DNA of 40,887 nt, taken from assembly GCA_044222475.1 (NCBI GenBank), contig JBGANF010000071.1, forward strand, positions 1 to 40,887, read 5' to 3'. The notes under the pieces were generated by a model. That model was not told the origin of the DNA. It searched no databases and saw only the letters and a program-made list of their open reading frames with translations. This stretch comes from Polyangiaceae bacterium (GTDB taxonomy: Bacteria > Myxococcota_A > Polyangia > Polyangiales > Polyangiaceae). Shown piece after piece: positions 40,096 through 40,887 of the stretch (position 1 is the first letter of the stretch; every line of letters begins with the position of its first letter). The position numbers were made by a program, and so were the translations under genes.

Positions 40096-40887
40096 GCGAC
40101 GAGGACCGTCCCGATCGCGCCCGGCTCGCGGACCTCGCGCCGAAGGTCTCCGCGAGCGAGGTTTCCGACGATGTGCACCGCCTTGACGCCGCTGGCGATC
40201 GCCGCGAACGACTCCTCGACCTTGGGGATCATCCCTTTGCTGATCACGCCGCTGGCGATCGCCGCGTCCGCGTCGGCCTTGGTCAACCGCGGGATGCGCG
40301 ACGTCTTGTCGGCGACGTCGCGCAGGACCCCGGGCACGTCGCTCACGAGGATGAGCGCCGCCGCATCGAGCGCGACCGCGACCTGGTTCGCGACCGTGTC
40401 GGCGTTGATGTTGTACGGCTGGCCGTCGTCCCCGCAGCCGAGGCACGCGAGCACCGGGACGTAGCCGCCGGAGATCAGCAGCGCGAGCAGCTCGCGGTTC
40501 ACCGACGTGACGTCGCCGACGAGCCCGAAGTCGACCGGATCGGGGCCCGCTCCCGCCATCACCTTGGGAGGCCGACGCGTCGCCGCGATCGCGCCGCTCG
40601 ACGCGCCGTGGAGTCCGACCGGCCGCGCGCCGTGCGCGTGAAGCTTGGCGCACGCGTCGACGTTCACCTTGCCGCAGACGATCATCTTCATGACCTCGAG
40701 CGTCGCTTCGTCGGTCACGCGACGTCCGGCGACGATCTTCGGCGTCTGCCCGAGCTTCTTCTGGAGCTCGGTCGCCTGAGGACCGCCGCCGTGGACGATC
40801 ACGATGGGCTGCCCGGACGCGCGGAGCTCCGCGACGTCGGCCGCGATCGCGTCCATCGCCGGTCCCGCCGCAACCTCGCCCCCGAGC
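40092..40887 (-). CDS. argB: Acetylglutamate kinase (5' end beyond the window)
   Basis: IVHGGGPQ, GRRVTD, DFGLVGDV, YNINADTVA, GMIPKV; the frame stays open to the window edge. Confidence 0.92.
   Translation of the reverse strand, partial: LGGEVAAGPAMDAIAADVAELRASGQPIVIVHGGGPQATELQKKLGQTPKIVAGRRVTDEATLEVMKMIVCGKVNVDACAKLHAHGARPVGLHGASSGAIAATRRPPKVMAGAGPDPVDFGLVGDVTSVNRELLALLISGGYVPVLACLGCGDDGQPYNINADTVANQVAVALDAAALILVSDVPGVLRDVADKTSRIPRLTKADADAAIASGVISKGMIPKVEESFAAIASGVKAVHIVGNLARGDLRREVREPGAIGTVLVA

Overview
High-GC chromosomal segment, most likely from a myxobacterium (Polyangiales/Sorangiineae-like). This assignment is inferred from an mglC orthologue, Myxococcus-type LexA boxes and many FHA, HEAT and lipoprotein genes. 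It carries mostly housekeeping genes: accCB, aroQ, hisF, recN, map, a NifU-like gene, dciA, a PTPS, ppx/gppA, tRNA-Leu(CAA), rpsU, deoC plus two ALDH genes, an ECF sigma/anti-sigma pair, gpx-uvrA and hisA-hisH-argB. I saw no transposase, integrase, prophage or CRISPR-Cas. Four things are not explained by routine annotation. (1) A dispersed non-coding element family occurs three times, at 1-284 and twice within 25766-26465, with a related element at 6650-6803. Each copy has a head with covarying GNA-triloop hairpins followed by a degenerate array of ~36-37 bp units. (2) Four intact but apparently catalytically dead proteins lie within ~8 kb: a Cys-less aconitase, a His-less tandem histidine kinase, a kinase-remnant membrane protein, and a His-less Fic with a histone-H1-like tail. 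(3) Candidate LexA/SOS boxes sit at recN (divergent from the pseudo-Fic) and ahead of a glutathione peroxidase-uvrA operon. (4) The PTPS has the PTPS-III (FolB-bypass) signature rather than the QueD one. All family assignments come from motif recognition by eye; no database searches were run.
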